Positions 53,901-61,193 of a DNA stretch of 61,242 nucleotides are shown here, in pieces. This DNA is from Pseudomonadota bacterium (GTDB taxonomy: Bacteria > Pseudomonadota > Alphaproteobacteria > Rickettsiales > UBA1997). Positions within the stretch are counted from its first letter, which is position 1, and each line of letters starts with the position of its first letter. Under the pieces are notes generated by a model. The model ran no database searches, was not told where the DNA came from, and worked only from the letters and a program-made list of their open reading frames with translations. Made by a program: the position numbers and the translations under genes. Location: NCBI GenBank assembly GCA_040384945.1, contig JAZKII010000058.1, positions 1 through 61,242 of the forward strand. Direction: 5' to 3'.

Positions 53901-55274
53901 GCCTGAGCTTGTAAGTTTTGCAACGGAAAGTGTTTTTCCGATTTCAAGTGGAATTTCTTTATCGTCGCTCCAACTACTATTTGTAACTGCGGTTGAGTAA
54001 GAAACTCCATTACTATCCGTAACGACTAACGTAACATTGCAGGAAGTATCGCCGGTTAGAGACTTGAATGAAACTCGGAAAGGAGTATCAGAAGTGGGAT
54101 TTAAAATCGAAACTGAGGTAGTGGAAAGATCTCCCAGAATTTTCCCTGAAGTTGCCGGAGTGGAATCTATGTTGGTACAGACTCCCGTGGCAATAGTACA
54201 AACTGTGGAAGGGAAAACCAGGTCATCGGTAAAAGAAGTTAAATTATCTCCGGTCCAGCGAATAACACCGCCATAAGATGTAAGAATATCGGATGCAGCG
54301 TCGGAAGATAAAGGAAATACAGCTATAGCTAAAGAGTTATCAGCATTGGTATATCCGGCTGAAACAGAGTAAGGATTGGTGGTTTTATTATGACAATTTG
54401 CTTCGGTTAAAGTACTCCCAGTATAGTCGCAAGTCCAGGCTAGAGCATCAGGTAAAAGAGGAGTTCCTTTGGTTCCAGTTTGTTCGGTTGATTGAGAAGT
54501 ATCAAAATTATAACCCTCAGGATGAGGAATTACATAAGCAATAATTCTTCGTGCACCACTATAAGTAGCATTGCTAATTGCTCCGGCTCCAGAACCTACA
54601 GTAGTACTGCCGTCAGACCATGATCCGCTAAATTTCAAATTAATAGTTTGTCCGTTTCTGACATCAAAAAATACATCAGTTGCTCCGCTCGACCAAGCTG
54701 CTTTTTTTGCATGAGGAATAGGATTGTTAGCTTGAACATGAATAGGATTATAATCCAGACTATCACCTAAATGAATTGTTCCAATTGCGCGGATAATGAT
54801 TTCTGATCCTGGCCTGATTGTAACACCACTATTAGCAGTAGTTGATCTTTTATCGGTTGAAATCCAGTCTGGTTCGGGAGTTCCAGAAACTCCGGTACCG
54901 GATAAACAGTTTTGTATGCAGGTAGTAACGCATAAATTTTTATAAGTGGCATCAGTAAAACCAAAGCAGCCAGTAGTACTGGTTTGAGAAGCGCCGGCTT
55001 CATCATAAACTGTAGTACTACCGGCAGTGAAACATGATTTAAGCCCACTGCCTTGAGTTGCATCAGTCAGTTCTAGTGAGCCATCATAGGTACATTTTTC
55101 TTGTTGGGAGTTGGCGGAAACCTCAATTGTTTGAGTTTCATATTCACCAAAATCATCGGCATCGATACAACCTTGGTCAGTGCAGGAAGAAGAAAGGGCA
55201 AAAAATAGTAATAAAACCGCCGTCTTGGCGCAGATTTTCTGATGCTGGATTTTTTTGAGCCAATTCTTGATCAA
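48000..55274 (-). CDS. 2424-aa envelope protein: signal peptide, about 1150-aa Cys/Thr/Ser/Gly-rich N-domain, TrbL/VirB6-like polytopic core, about 940-aa Ala/Lys/Gly/Glu-rich tail
   Basis: The signal is KTAVLLLFFALSSSC. The polytopic block (nt about 50830-51760) contains ILFTLGPIFLIFTLFNQTKEMFDNWLKQLIGFSLQQIF. From memory this resembles the GP(I/L)F..LF..T...F..W..L signature of TrbL/VirB6. The tail is low-complexity with AGAGGAAVGAV repeats. Confidence 0.55.
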   Translation of the reverse strand: MIKNWLKKIQHQKICAKTAVLLLFFALSSSCTDQGCIDADDFGEYETQTIEVSANSQQEKCTYDGSLELTDATQGSGLKSCFTAGSTTVYDEAGASQTSTTGCFGFTDATYKNLCVTTCIQNCLSGTGVSGTPEPDWISTDKRSTTANSGVTIRPGSEIIIRAIGTIHLGDSLDYNPIHVQANNPIPHAKKAAWSSGATDVFFDVRNGQTINLKFSGSWSDGSTTVGSGAGAISNATYSGARRIIAYVIPHPEGYNFDTSQSTEQTGTKGTPLLPDALAWTCDYTGSTLTEANCHNKTTNPYSVSAGYTNADNSLAIAVFPLSSDAASDILTSYGGVIRWTGDNLTSFTDDLVFPSTVCTIATGVCTNIDSTPATSGKILGDLSTTSVSILNPTSDTPFRVSFKSLTGDTSCNVTLVVTDSNGVSYSTAVTNSSWSDDKEIPLEIGKTLSVAKLTSSGTCGKGIGVKFNKYHELKMQKSGFVKFTMLNGSGNCTIKARIMNPEGTFASDDIYEYDNFATIPTSSKDPLANLTVPASSSTISWSNLSFVRKGQVIRFSPKSWDGAWTTSAGNRQCGIGMAMMIEPRPALLCRGTASDYVLNTACTQDYNSSGTLIGCKAVASECSDSASTSNYCPLTNCQSTITCPDGVSPLYQKGTCTVTAPTTTACPSESYTTTITSATCTACSNKMKDNASLSGKIALSNMIQCYDLENYTSKVSLIRNGTTGYSDTELADSTITKGLTKISAFNGSYGNLENFVDSGTTDTTGNNKIFQLQQPLTFGTEGRLRFFMLDGSDLNDVSVANNNGAYNAYTNNTVIGSAYSGSNGFKINLSGMLDFSNGQWLQGRLCLEDDSGILCKNSDPIAISDQPQLIEITPPTSTTPAGTPPNISTSYGFDGYGNILRTNNYSLVVNGTTKDCTANDNGVASVAGANFYCHTYQYYSASTLKAKSQDDQDDIESSIQKLRLSFKIMDPEITNCNLSSGADATGSSADGSKLANPIYNTDSCDASDGNRGYYSGSTCDSEGQNCTTICTTNLPNTGKTCTATELATQTCIKQYYCANKYANNSGSYFVNIKVKSEVTGTISSIIGGVIAPVIEVMDGPKTRNCSTTGSIISNDGVRTDNPLYVDTLDDIIDTNTGSTCIDSDGTNCAKQYYCKKANVGQAERVYKLVIADPRFKAIVTMCFVVMFSFYGVGYLMGTSELNHSEIMNRIIKIGIIYLFIGETGWDWFNNLVVRFFKNGTDYLAFMMAASFDDSTNHAVSDAIANSDYYDKSVLFGSVDNVFSMFFSQAVQKKVSALLFASIFGWAYLLIIYQSFMLYVYSVANAVLLYLTAQIFISILFTLGPIFLIFTLFNQTKEMFDNWLKQLIGFSLQQIFLLTTLAFFNMLMYEVIKLSLGYKICWDEVWTINIITRITLLSFWTIASLPPRTNAQSDVGNIGNPEGIPSLFSILFIWVIASLMNKFIGFMTDLAASISGGLSASAMGKGIADAAKEVSAMAKKARQDVWNKTGGQVVQRMDKALFDSGAMADKERNARKANNAKDFSNKSAMSKAGKKAEKDYFNKNEVALSGMKEGERNKILKGVRNAAETKAGKDLGLKDEDIDRLNKDKGFKFEGDTIGGAAASMLKQRFMGAKTLNESLSEKSSDLKLSVAQAGGKGLSTEDAKTLKENIAKGNIDVEKNTAAKLSDVAKTVGGAAGAVGSAMSSAAKAASETSVGKAIGGAASSAASGAASAAMGAATLMSPTEKGDEARAQAGKSISAAGKAISAGAEFALHNPGTTAKAAGSAAIGAGGAAIGAVAGAGGAAVGAVAGAGIAAVGAVAGAGKATGRAIVNTRDSIGNNIDSAAKFTSENKLKTAGLVLASPVLLPAMAVKKTAAAAGKAVSSAANAMSSAADMAERLSDPKGYEATKQLEKETALVRMAPGTNFARPDADKKMIQDRVKQNENEKKSGIKTPDLNTMTGIAKEEAYNKEIAAIPDNARFSEQVGGRISAAAKRYNPIGKQGATIKEDTKKDLLKAAKEQGKEKLTAVKGEKKNLEKGRATAMQDYDTATAAVEEHKNKPESIERAALVTELTEKAKKTHEGFTGTIPRILDSAARKEDKEARKAQSQLRQMGGAEDPKLAELTKKQNLAGAAVRQIDTKLENIKEKLQATEEFDTAATTASEISEEGQQRADLLRDKDEEQSKAAATESEVTNPLVTSTSDGSAAGATAGATSPTGASPTSGSAAKAPVEPRNKNITKLKDKQAGTTQTIAEKKTAAKEKIATAGATKEEAAKERPSLMKRMADKATGKALDPKEEKYQNAVKDEKEGKKEFDDATRLGNAAEKADALSEHARTLMEKEDAARDQDPNNKTPHSGSYERAEELVKKYDSLESPEAAEKFVQEQEDRSKEIAKATKGLDSPEAFKKFTERFDGDKGGDENS
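49801..49920. repeat. 33-bp tandem repeat (3.6 copies) in the tail of the 2424-aa gene
   Basis: The unit ccagctcctgcaacagctccgactgc.gca..t starts at 49801, 49834 and 49867, with a partial copy from 49900. It encodes (GAGGAAVGAVA)n on the minus strand. Confidence 0.9.
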
Positions 55275-55351
55275 GACTAGAGACTGTTTACTTGAGGATT
55301 ATTTAAAAGAAAATTTTAATGGATGCTAAAAACAGCAGGAACTTAATCAAG

Positions 55352-56335
55352 CTAAAACTTAGATCTAATTAAATTTGCTACTCTTTTTGTTTCTAAAAGT
55401 TTTTTTGAAGAAAAATTTTCCAGTTCAAAAATATTTCGCGAAAGTTTTTTAGCATAATTTTCGGCAATTAAATTCTGGTGAAACTTGCGATGTTTTTTGG
55501 AAGAAATTTCTTTTTCATCAAAAATATAAACCGGCTTGCCGGTTGAACAGCATTCTGAAATCATTGAAACCGAATCGCCGGTAATCACGAAAAAATCAGC
55601 ATATCCTAAAATTGCCAGATAAGGATTTTCGTTTTTGGTTTCTTTCCAATCGAAAAATTTAAAATCGCAATTCAGGTTTGATTTTACTGCTTGCGATAAT
55701 TCATCGCCCGATCTTCTGCTGTTTAAAACCAGCAAAGTTGCATCCATATTATTAACAATTTCAGAAAGGATTTTGGCGAGTTTAATTCCGGAATCTGTAG
55801 TAAATTCAGTTTTGTTAGAAGAGCCGCCAAGCATTAAAGCAATTTTGGGTTTTTGAATTTCGGCAAACCAGGTGGCAAATCTTTCACGTTCTTTGGCAAT
55901 TGATTTTTCGTTGGTTTTAGTAAGTGCGCCAATTGTAGTGATTAAATTGGAATGTGCAGATTCATCAGCTTCATCATGTTTTGGTAAAATCACGAAATCA
56001 AATTTATCGAAATTCAAATTAGGATTCATGATTTGCACAATTTTTGTGCGATTATCGGATAATTCTTTTAAATAAAGTGCTACTGGCGCAGATCTTCTGC
56101 CTGCGGAAATAACCAGGCTGGGAAGATAATCAAGATTCTGGAATTTATCTTTGACATCTTTGGTTAATCGAATCAGCGATCGGCTGAATAAAAAATTCGG
56201 CAAAACCGCCAGAGAATTATAAGTGAGATTAATAATTTTATAATCAAACCCAATTTCTTCCGCCAATCCAATACTTTGTGAAACCGTGCCTGGCCTATCG
56301 TCCCCGAGTATCCAAATTTCGTCTTTGATGATCAT
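55352..56335 (-). CDS. ELM1/DUF1022-family protein (putative glycosyltransferase-like)
   Basis: The N-terminus IWILGDDRPGTVSQSIGLAEEIG matches the W.L.D.r.G...Q..GLAE pattern of this family; 327 aa. Confidence 0.6.
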   Translation of the reverse strand: MIIKDEIWILGDDRPGTVSQSIGLAEEIGFDYKIINLTYNSLAVLPNFLFSRSLIRLTKDVKDKFQNLDYLPSLVISAGRRSAPVALYLKELSDNRTKIVQIMNPNLNFDKFDFVILPKHDEADESAHSNLITTIGALTKTNEKSIAKERERFATWFAEIQKPKIALMLGGSSNKTEFTTDSGIKLAKILSEIVNNMDATLLVLNSRRSGDELSQAVKSNLNCDFKFFDWKETKNENPYLAILGYADFFVITGDSVSMISECCSTGKPVYIFDEKEISSKKHRKFHQNLIAENYAKKLSRNIFELENFSSKKLLETKRVANLIRSKF

Positions 56336-56353
56336 TATATTATTTTGTGTTTG

Positions 56354-56842
56354 TTATTTTCCTAATTTATCCATCAATTTTTTCTCCACATTCGGTGAAA
56401 CAAACCCTGAAATATTTCCACCCAATCTCGCAACTTCTTTTACCAATCTTGATGCAATAAAATGATTAGTTTCTGATGCTGGTAAAAAAATAGTTTGAAT
56501 TTCAGGATTCAACTTCGAATTCATGCCATACATTTGAAACTCATATTCAAAATCTGAAACGGCGCGAAGTCCACGAATAATAACTTTCGAATTTCTTTTG
56601 CTGGCATATTCCACCAACAAACCTTCAAATTTTTCTACCGTAATATTATTGTGTGTATTTAAAAATTGCGTTTCTTCCTCAATCAATTTCACTCTTTCAT
56701 CCAGCGTGAAAAGCGGGTTTTTGTAATTATCTTTCGCGGCGGCAATTATTAAATGATCGAAAAGTTCACTGGCTCTTTTAATAATATCAAGATGTCCAAA
56801 AGTAATCGGATCAAAAGTTCCCGGATAAATTGCAATTCTCAT
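56354..56842 (-). CDS. coaD: Phosphopantetheine adenylyltransferase
   Basis: IAIYPGTFDPITFGHLDIIKRA and RGLRAVSDFEYE blocks; 162 aa. Confidence 0.95.
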   Translation of the reverse strand: MRIAIYPGTFDPITFGHLDIIKRASELFDHLIIAAAKDNYKNPLFTLDERVKLIEEETQFLNTHNNITVEKFEGLLVEYASKRNSKVIIRGLRAVSDFEYEFQMYGMNSKLNPEIQTIFLPASETNHFIASRLVKEVARLGGNISGFVSPNVEKKLMDKLGK

Positions 56843-56911
56843 ATGTTTAAATTTTATTGGAGTTCTAGAGTCTTTTCTAAATCCTAAATCTTAAATCTAA
56901 AATCCTAAATC

Positions 56912-57376
56912 ATGCGCGTCTCAATTTTATCCATTGGAAAGTTCGAAAATTCGCCGCATAAAGCTGTTTTTGAAACTTATTTAAAAAGATTGAAGTGGAA
57001 AGTTGAGTTGCGCGAATTGGAATTAAAAAACTCCCAAAATATGTCGGTGGATAAAATCAAAGAAGGCGAAGGAGCTTTAATTTTAAAGGCCTGGCGACCA
57101 ACATCAAAAATGATTTTACTCGATGAAAAAGGCAAACAATTCGCCAGTCGTGATTTTGCCAAATTAATTTCTGATTTTGCTGTCGCCGGAGATTCTGATT
57201 TAACTTTCGTAATTGGCGGTGCTGATGGACTGGCTCCAGAGCTTTTAAAAAAATCTTCCCTAAAAATTTCTTTCGGGCTTATGACTTTGCCTCATTTAAT
57301 GGTGCGTTCAGTTTTAGCCGAACAGCTTTATCGCGCTCAAACCATTATTGAAGGGCATCCGTATCATCGTGATTAA
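56912..57376 (+). CDS. rlmH: 23S rRNA (pseudouridine1915-N3)-methyltransferase RlmH
   Basis: SPOUT-type C-terminus LTFVIGGADGL, SFGLMTLPHLMVRSVLAEQLYRAQTI and GHPYHR; 154 aa. Confidence 0.9.
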   Translation: MRVSILSIGKFENSPHKAVFETYLKRLKWKVELRELELKNSQNMSVDKIKEGEGALILKAWRPTSKMILLDEKGKQFASRDFAKLISDFAVAGDSDLTFVIGGADGLAPELLKKSSLKISFGLMTLPHLMVRSVLAEQLYRAQTIIEGHPYHRD

Positions 57377-57418
57377 GATCTTTGCGCCAACATTTCTTTT
57401 CTTATTTCGGCGATTTTT

Positions 57419-58102
57419 TTAATTACTTAAAGCATCGATTTTCCCATCGAGAAATTCTTCTTGTAAATGCTTCTTTTCCTCAGCTTTCCTTTCCTCTTCT
57501 TCATCGATAATTTTTCTTTCATTTTTGGTGCAAAATAGTGCCGATTGTAAATCAAAAGTGCTTTTTATTTTATCGCATAAAACTGAGTTTTGAATTGGTG
57601 TAATTATTTTATCTGAATAAATAAAATCCCTTAATTTTTTCTCATCATTGCTCAATAAATTGGCAGGTTTTTTTTCGAAAAATTGCAGTGTAATTCCCAC
57701 TAATTCCCAGATTCTTGGATCTTCATAAGCCGGCGTGCCTGTAGTTGCTGGCACAAATTGTTCGCGCACAAAAACACTTTTTATTTCATCAAAAGAGAAG
57801 TCAGAAAATTTCTTTTGTTCTGCCGGAGTTGGGCCGTAAAAACTGCAAAGCAGATTTGCCGGAATTTGGTTAGAACCGACAAATTTTTCTTGTCCGCAAA
57901 AACGCGAATTAGCATCGCCATATTTTTGTTTAAGCCAGATTAAAAGATATTTTTTTCGTAATTGTAAAATTGAAAGGCGGGTATCGGGATCAGGAATGAC
58001 GCGGGTGCGGCTTTTGGTTGGTGGTTTTGGAGTAATTTTAATTTCGTCTGCGTGGGCGAGAGTGGTGAAAAAGAAAATAAAAATTATCAAAAACTTTTTC
58101 AT
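57419..58102 (-). CDS. Secreted-protein family member P5 (distant paralog outside island 2)
   Basis: Signal MKKFLIIFIFFFTTLAHA. Motifs DPDTRLSILQLRKKYLLIWLKQKYGD, PANLLCSF and LRDFIYSDKI match the P1/P2/P4 motifs. Confidence 0.75.
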   Translation of the reverse strand: MKKFLIIFIFFFTTLAHADEIKITPKPPTKSRTRVIPDPDTRLSILQLRKKYLLIWLKQKYGDANSRFCGQEKFVGSNQIPANLLCSFYGPTPAEQKKFSDFSFDEIKSVFVREQFVPATTGTPAYEDPRIWELVGITLQFFEKKPANLLSNDEKKLRDFIYSDKIITPIQNSVLCDKIKSTFDLQSALFCTKNERKIIDEEEERKAEEKKHLQEEFLDGKIDALSN

Positions 58103-58127
58103 GGAAGTTGAGTTGGTTATTGATAAA

Positions 58128-58246
58128 TCGAGCTAGCATCTCGACGACGCTACGCTTTGCTCGATGACCTAATTCTTTTTTCTTCGCGACTTCTTATTCC
58201 AGGTCATCGAGCAAAGCGCTTTAGCGCGTCGTCGAGATGCTAGCTC
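58128..58246. repeat. Family-C complete palindromic element (about 119 bp)
   Basis: tcgagctagcatctcgacgacgctacgctttgctcgatgacct..aggtcatcgagcaaagcgctttagcgcgtcgtcgagatgctagctc. Confidence 0.9.
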
Positions 58247-58728
58247 TAACTTGTCGCACTCGCTGTAACCGTTAACCATCTACTTCTAGCTCTTAATCTT
58301 CTAGCATCAGAACGACCTCTGAGATCGGCACCTTTTTGTTTCAAACTTACAGTATCACGCCATTTAGTTGGTTGATCGCGATCTTTTTGTAAAGTTGGCG
58401 ATGCTCCCATCGGCGGTTGTTTTTCTTGGGCTTTTCGTCTTGCAAGGGCGCGGGTTCTGGCGTTGGAAATTAAAAGTTCGCGGTTTCTATCATGTAATCT
58501 TTTATGATGCATGATGATGTTATCTACGAACCAACGTCTTTTGCGATTCGACATTTTTCGAGCCTGTCTGCGGCTAATGCGACCACGGCCAGCGCGACGA
58601 ATGTGACTGTAAAGCGCGTGCGCTAAAGCATGGCCCGCAACATCATTGATTAAAGCGGGGTGAAGGGCGAGAAAATTACCAAAATCTAATGTAAGTGAGC
58701 CAACGGATGGCATTATGATTAACGTCAC
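58246..58728 (-). CDS. Hypothetical arginine-rich basic protein
   Basis: 160-aa ORF that looks more GC-rich than its neighbours. It has many Arg residues (RRAGRGRISRRQARKMSNRKRRW). I recognise no family, and coding status is uncertain. Confidence 0.35.
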   Translation of the reverse strand: MTLIIMPSVGSLTLDFGNFLALHPALINDVAGHALAHALYSHIRRAGRGRISRRQARKMSNRKRRWFVDNIIMHHKRLHDRNRELLISNARTRALARRKAQEKQPPMGASPTLQKDRDQPTKWRDTVSLKQKGADLRGRSDARRLRARSRWLTVTASATS

Positions 58729-58787
58729 TACGGGAGTTTTTCTTTTAATTTAATTATAAACTTATCCGTGGTTTTAAAGAGCAGCTC

Positions 58788-60086
58788 TTATTTTCCAATA
58801 CAAAAGCGTGAAAAAATAACATCGAGGATATTTTCTATATCAACTTTACCGGTGATCTTACCGATCTCGCGTGCCGTCATTCTTAGGTCTTCAGCTGCAA
58901 GCTCGATATTTTTTTCCAAAGAAAAGCTTTCCAAATTTGCGACAGAATTTCGTAAAGCAGAGCGATATCTCTCTTGAGTGATGAGGGGAGAATTTTGATT
59001 GGGGATTAATTCAAGGATTTTTTCTTCCAGTTTTTTGATTAATTGCGCTGTATTTACATTGTTGGTTAAAGAGATTTCAACAGCGCCATCAAAATTAAAA
59101 GATTCCAAGTCGATTTTATTCACTACGACAATTGTATTTTCATCAATTAAATCAGCGCGTAAAACCGGATTTTTAGCATCGATTAAAAAAATCTTTAAAT
59201 CGGCATCGCCGGCTTTTTTCAAGGCGCGGCGAATTCCTTCCGCTTCAATTTTATCTTCAGTTTCGCGTAATCCCGCAGTGTCAGAAATTTTCACCGCAAC
59301 ACCGGCAATTGATAAATGGGTTTCAACAACATCGCGTGTGGTTCCGGCGATTTCTGAAACAATTGCCACTTCGCTTTGAGCTAAAAAATTTATTAAACTG
59401 GATTTTCCGACATTTGGCGCACCAATAATTGCAAGGCTCAAACCATCTTTAATTTTTTGCCCGACTTTATTGTCGTTTAAATGGGAAGCGATTTCGTTTT
59501 TTAATTTCTCAACATCGCTTTCAACTTTATCAGTAATATTTTTCGGTAAATCTTCATCAGGAAAATCAATCGCCGCTTCAATCATCGCTGAAGTTTCAAT
59601 CAAACGAAAACGCCAATCTTCATAAATTGCACCCAGCTTTCCTTCAAGTTGACGCAGAGCTTGCTTGTGTTGCGCTGCGGTTTCAGCGGCAATTAGATCA
59701 GGAATTGCCTCAGCTTGAACCAAATCAAGTTTACCATTTAAAAAAGCACGTTTGGAAAATTCGCCGGCTTCAGCGAAGCGGCAATTTTTTTGATCGGATA
59801 AAATTTCAAAGATTTTTTTAGCAATAAAAGGCGAGGCGTGAATTGAAATTTCGGCGACATCTTCGCCGGTAAAACTTTTTGGTGATTGAAAAAATGAAAC
59901 CAGAACTTCGTCAATAATTTCTGACGTTTTTGGATCGCGGATTTTTTGAAATGTAATTTTTTGATGTTGTGGTGCGTCTTTAAATCCAAGAGTTTTTAGG
60001 CATTCAATAGTTTGTGAGCCGGAGATTCGAATTACTGAAATTCCGGCGCGTGCCGCGGAAGTGATTGGGGCAAAAATAGTTGGCAT
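58788..60086 (-). CDS. mnmE: tRNA uridine-5-carboxymethylaminomethyl modification GTPase MnmE
   Basis: G1 GAPNVGKSSL, G3 DTAGLRET and G4 NKIDL motifs, with the C-terminal FCIGK motif; 432 aa. Confidence 0.95.
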   Translation of the reverse strand: MPTIFAPITSAARAGISVIRISGSQTIECLKTLGFKDAPQHQKITFQKIRDPKTSEIIDEVLVSFFQSPKSFTGEDVAEISIHASPFIAKKIFEILSDQKNCRFAEAGEFSKRAFLNGKLDLVQAEAIPDLIAAETAAQHKQALRQLEGKLGAIYEDWRFRLIETSAMIEAAIDFPDEDLPKNITDKVESDVEKLKNEIASHLNDNKVGQKIKDGLSLAIIGAPNVGKSSLINFLAQSEVAIVSEIAGTTRDVVETHLSIAGVAVKISDTAGLRETEDKIEAEGIRRALKKAGDADLKIFLIDAKNPVLRADLIDENTIVVVNKIDLESFNFDGAVEISLTNNVNTAQLIKKLEEKILELIPNQNSPLITQERYRSALRNSVANLESFSLEKNIELAAEDLRMTAREIGKITGKVDIENILDVIFSRFCIGK

Positions 60087-60105
60087 TTAAATTTATATTT
60101 AGTTC

Positions 60106-61155
60106 CTAAGGAAAAAGAGGTGCCATTTCCAAACCTTCTTTTTCATCGAAGCCAAAAAGGATGTTCATATTTTGTACAGCTTGTCCAGAAGCGCCTTTGC
60201 AGAGATTATCAATTACTGAAACAATAATAATTTTATCCGCAGTTCTGGCTTTTTTAACTGACATTACGCAGAAATTTGTGCCAACTACATCTTTAATATT
60301 GGGATCGCCTTCGATTACTCTTACAAAAGGCTCATCTTCATATTTGGTTTGTAAACAATTCTTAACATCTTCAATTGAAAATTTTGGATTAATTTTAGCG
60401 TAAATTGTCGAAATAATTCCCCGATTTATCGGCAATAAATGTGGCGTGAAATCAATTTCAATCACAGCATTGGCGGCCTTTCCCAGCTCTTGCTCAATTT
60501 CACCCATATGTCTGTGTTTGCCAACGGAATAGGCTTTTACCGATTCATTAACTTCGCAAAATAAATTGCCTTGTTTTACTGATCTGCCAGCGCCAGTAGT
60601 TCCTGATTTTGAATCAATAATTATATCATGTTTTTCAATTAAATTATTTTCCAAAAGCGGAATTAATGGCAGTAAAGCTGAAGTTGGATAACAACCAGGG
60701 CAGGCGATTAAATTTGATTTTTTTATTTTGTTTCTGTGAATTTCTGGTAAGCCGTAAACTGCTTGAGGCTGTAAGTCTTTAGCGATATGTTCGTGATCGT
60801 ACCATTTTTGGTAATCGTCAGGATTTTCTAATCTGAAATCGGCAGAAAGATCGATGATTTTCAGGTGAGAATTTTTTGGGTCAGATAAAAGTTTTTTAAA
60901 AGTTTCTTGGGAAGTTGTGTGCGGTAAACATCCGAAAACTACATCGATTTTAGTAAAATCAATTTCTTCAATTTTCTTCAAGTCAGGTAAATTGTAATGA
61001 ACTAAATGCGGATAAAGTTGCTCAATTTTTTGCCCGGCATTGCTATTGGCCACTAAAGCGCTGATTTCCACTTTTTTGTGGTTCAGTAAAATTCTGATAA
61101 GTTCCGCGCCGGTGTAACCTGACGCGCCAATGATTGCAGCTTTGATTTTGTTCAT
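60106..61155 (-). CDS. argC: N-acetyl-gamma-glutamyl-phosphate reductase
   Basis: IIGASGYTGAELIRIL (NAD-binding) and the catalytic-Cys block IACPGCYPTSALL; 349 aa. Confidence 0.9.
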   Translation of the reverse strand: MNKIKAAIIGASGYTGAELIRILLNHKKVEISALVANSNAGQKIEQLYPHLVHYNLPDLKKIEEIDFTKIDVVFGCLPHTTSQETFKKLLSDPKNSHLKIIDLSADFRLENPDDYQKWYDHEHIAKDLQPQAVYGLPEIHRNKIKKSNLIACPGCYPTSALLPLIPLLENNLIEKHDIIIDSKSGTTGAGRSVKQGNLFCEVNESVKAYSVGKHRHMGEIEQELGKAANAVIEIDFTPHLLPINRGIISTIYAKINPKFSIEDVKNCLQTKYEDEPFVRVIEGDPNIKDVVGTNFCVMSVKKARTADKIIIVSVIDNLCKGASGQAVQNMNILFGFDEKEGLEMAPLFP

Positions 61156-61193
61156 TTTGTTTTTGTGTAATTGTTGTAAAGCTAGTAATTCTC

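Noticed and set aside
58246-58728. A structured RNA gene (tmRNA, RNase P RNA, 6S) hidden in the relatively GC-rich stretch
   Set aside because: I could not find the conserved termini or motifs of tmRNA or RNase P RNA on either strand. It is left as a low-confidence ORF pending an Rfam scan.
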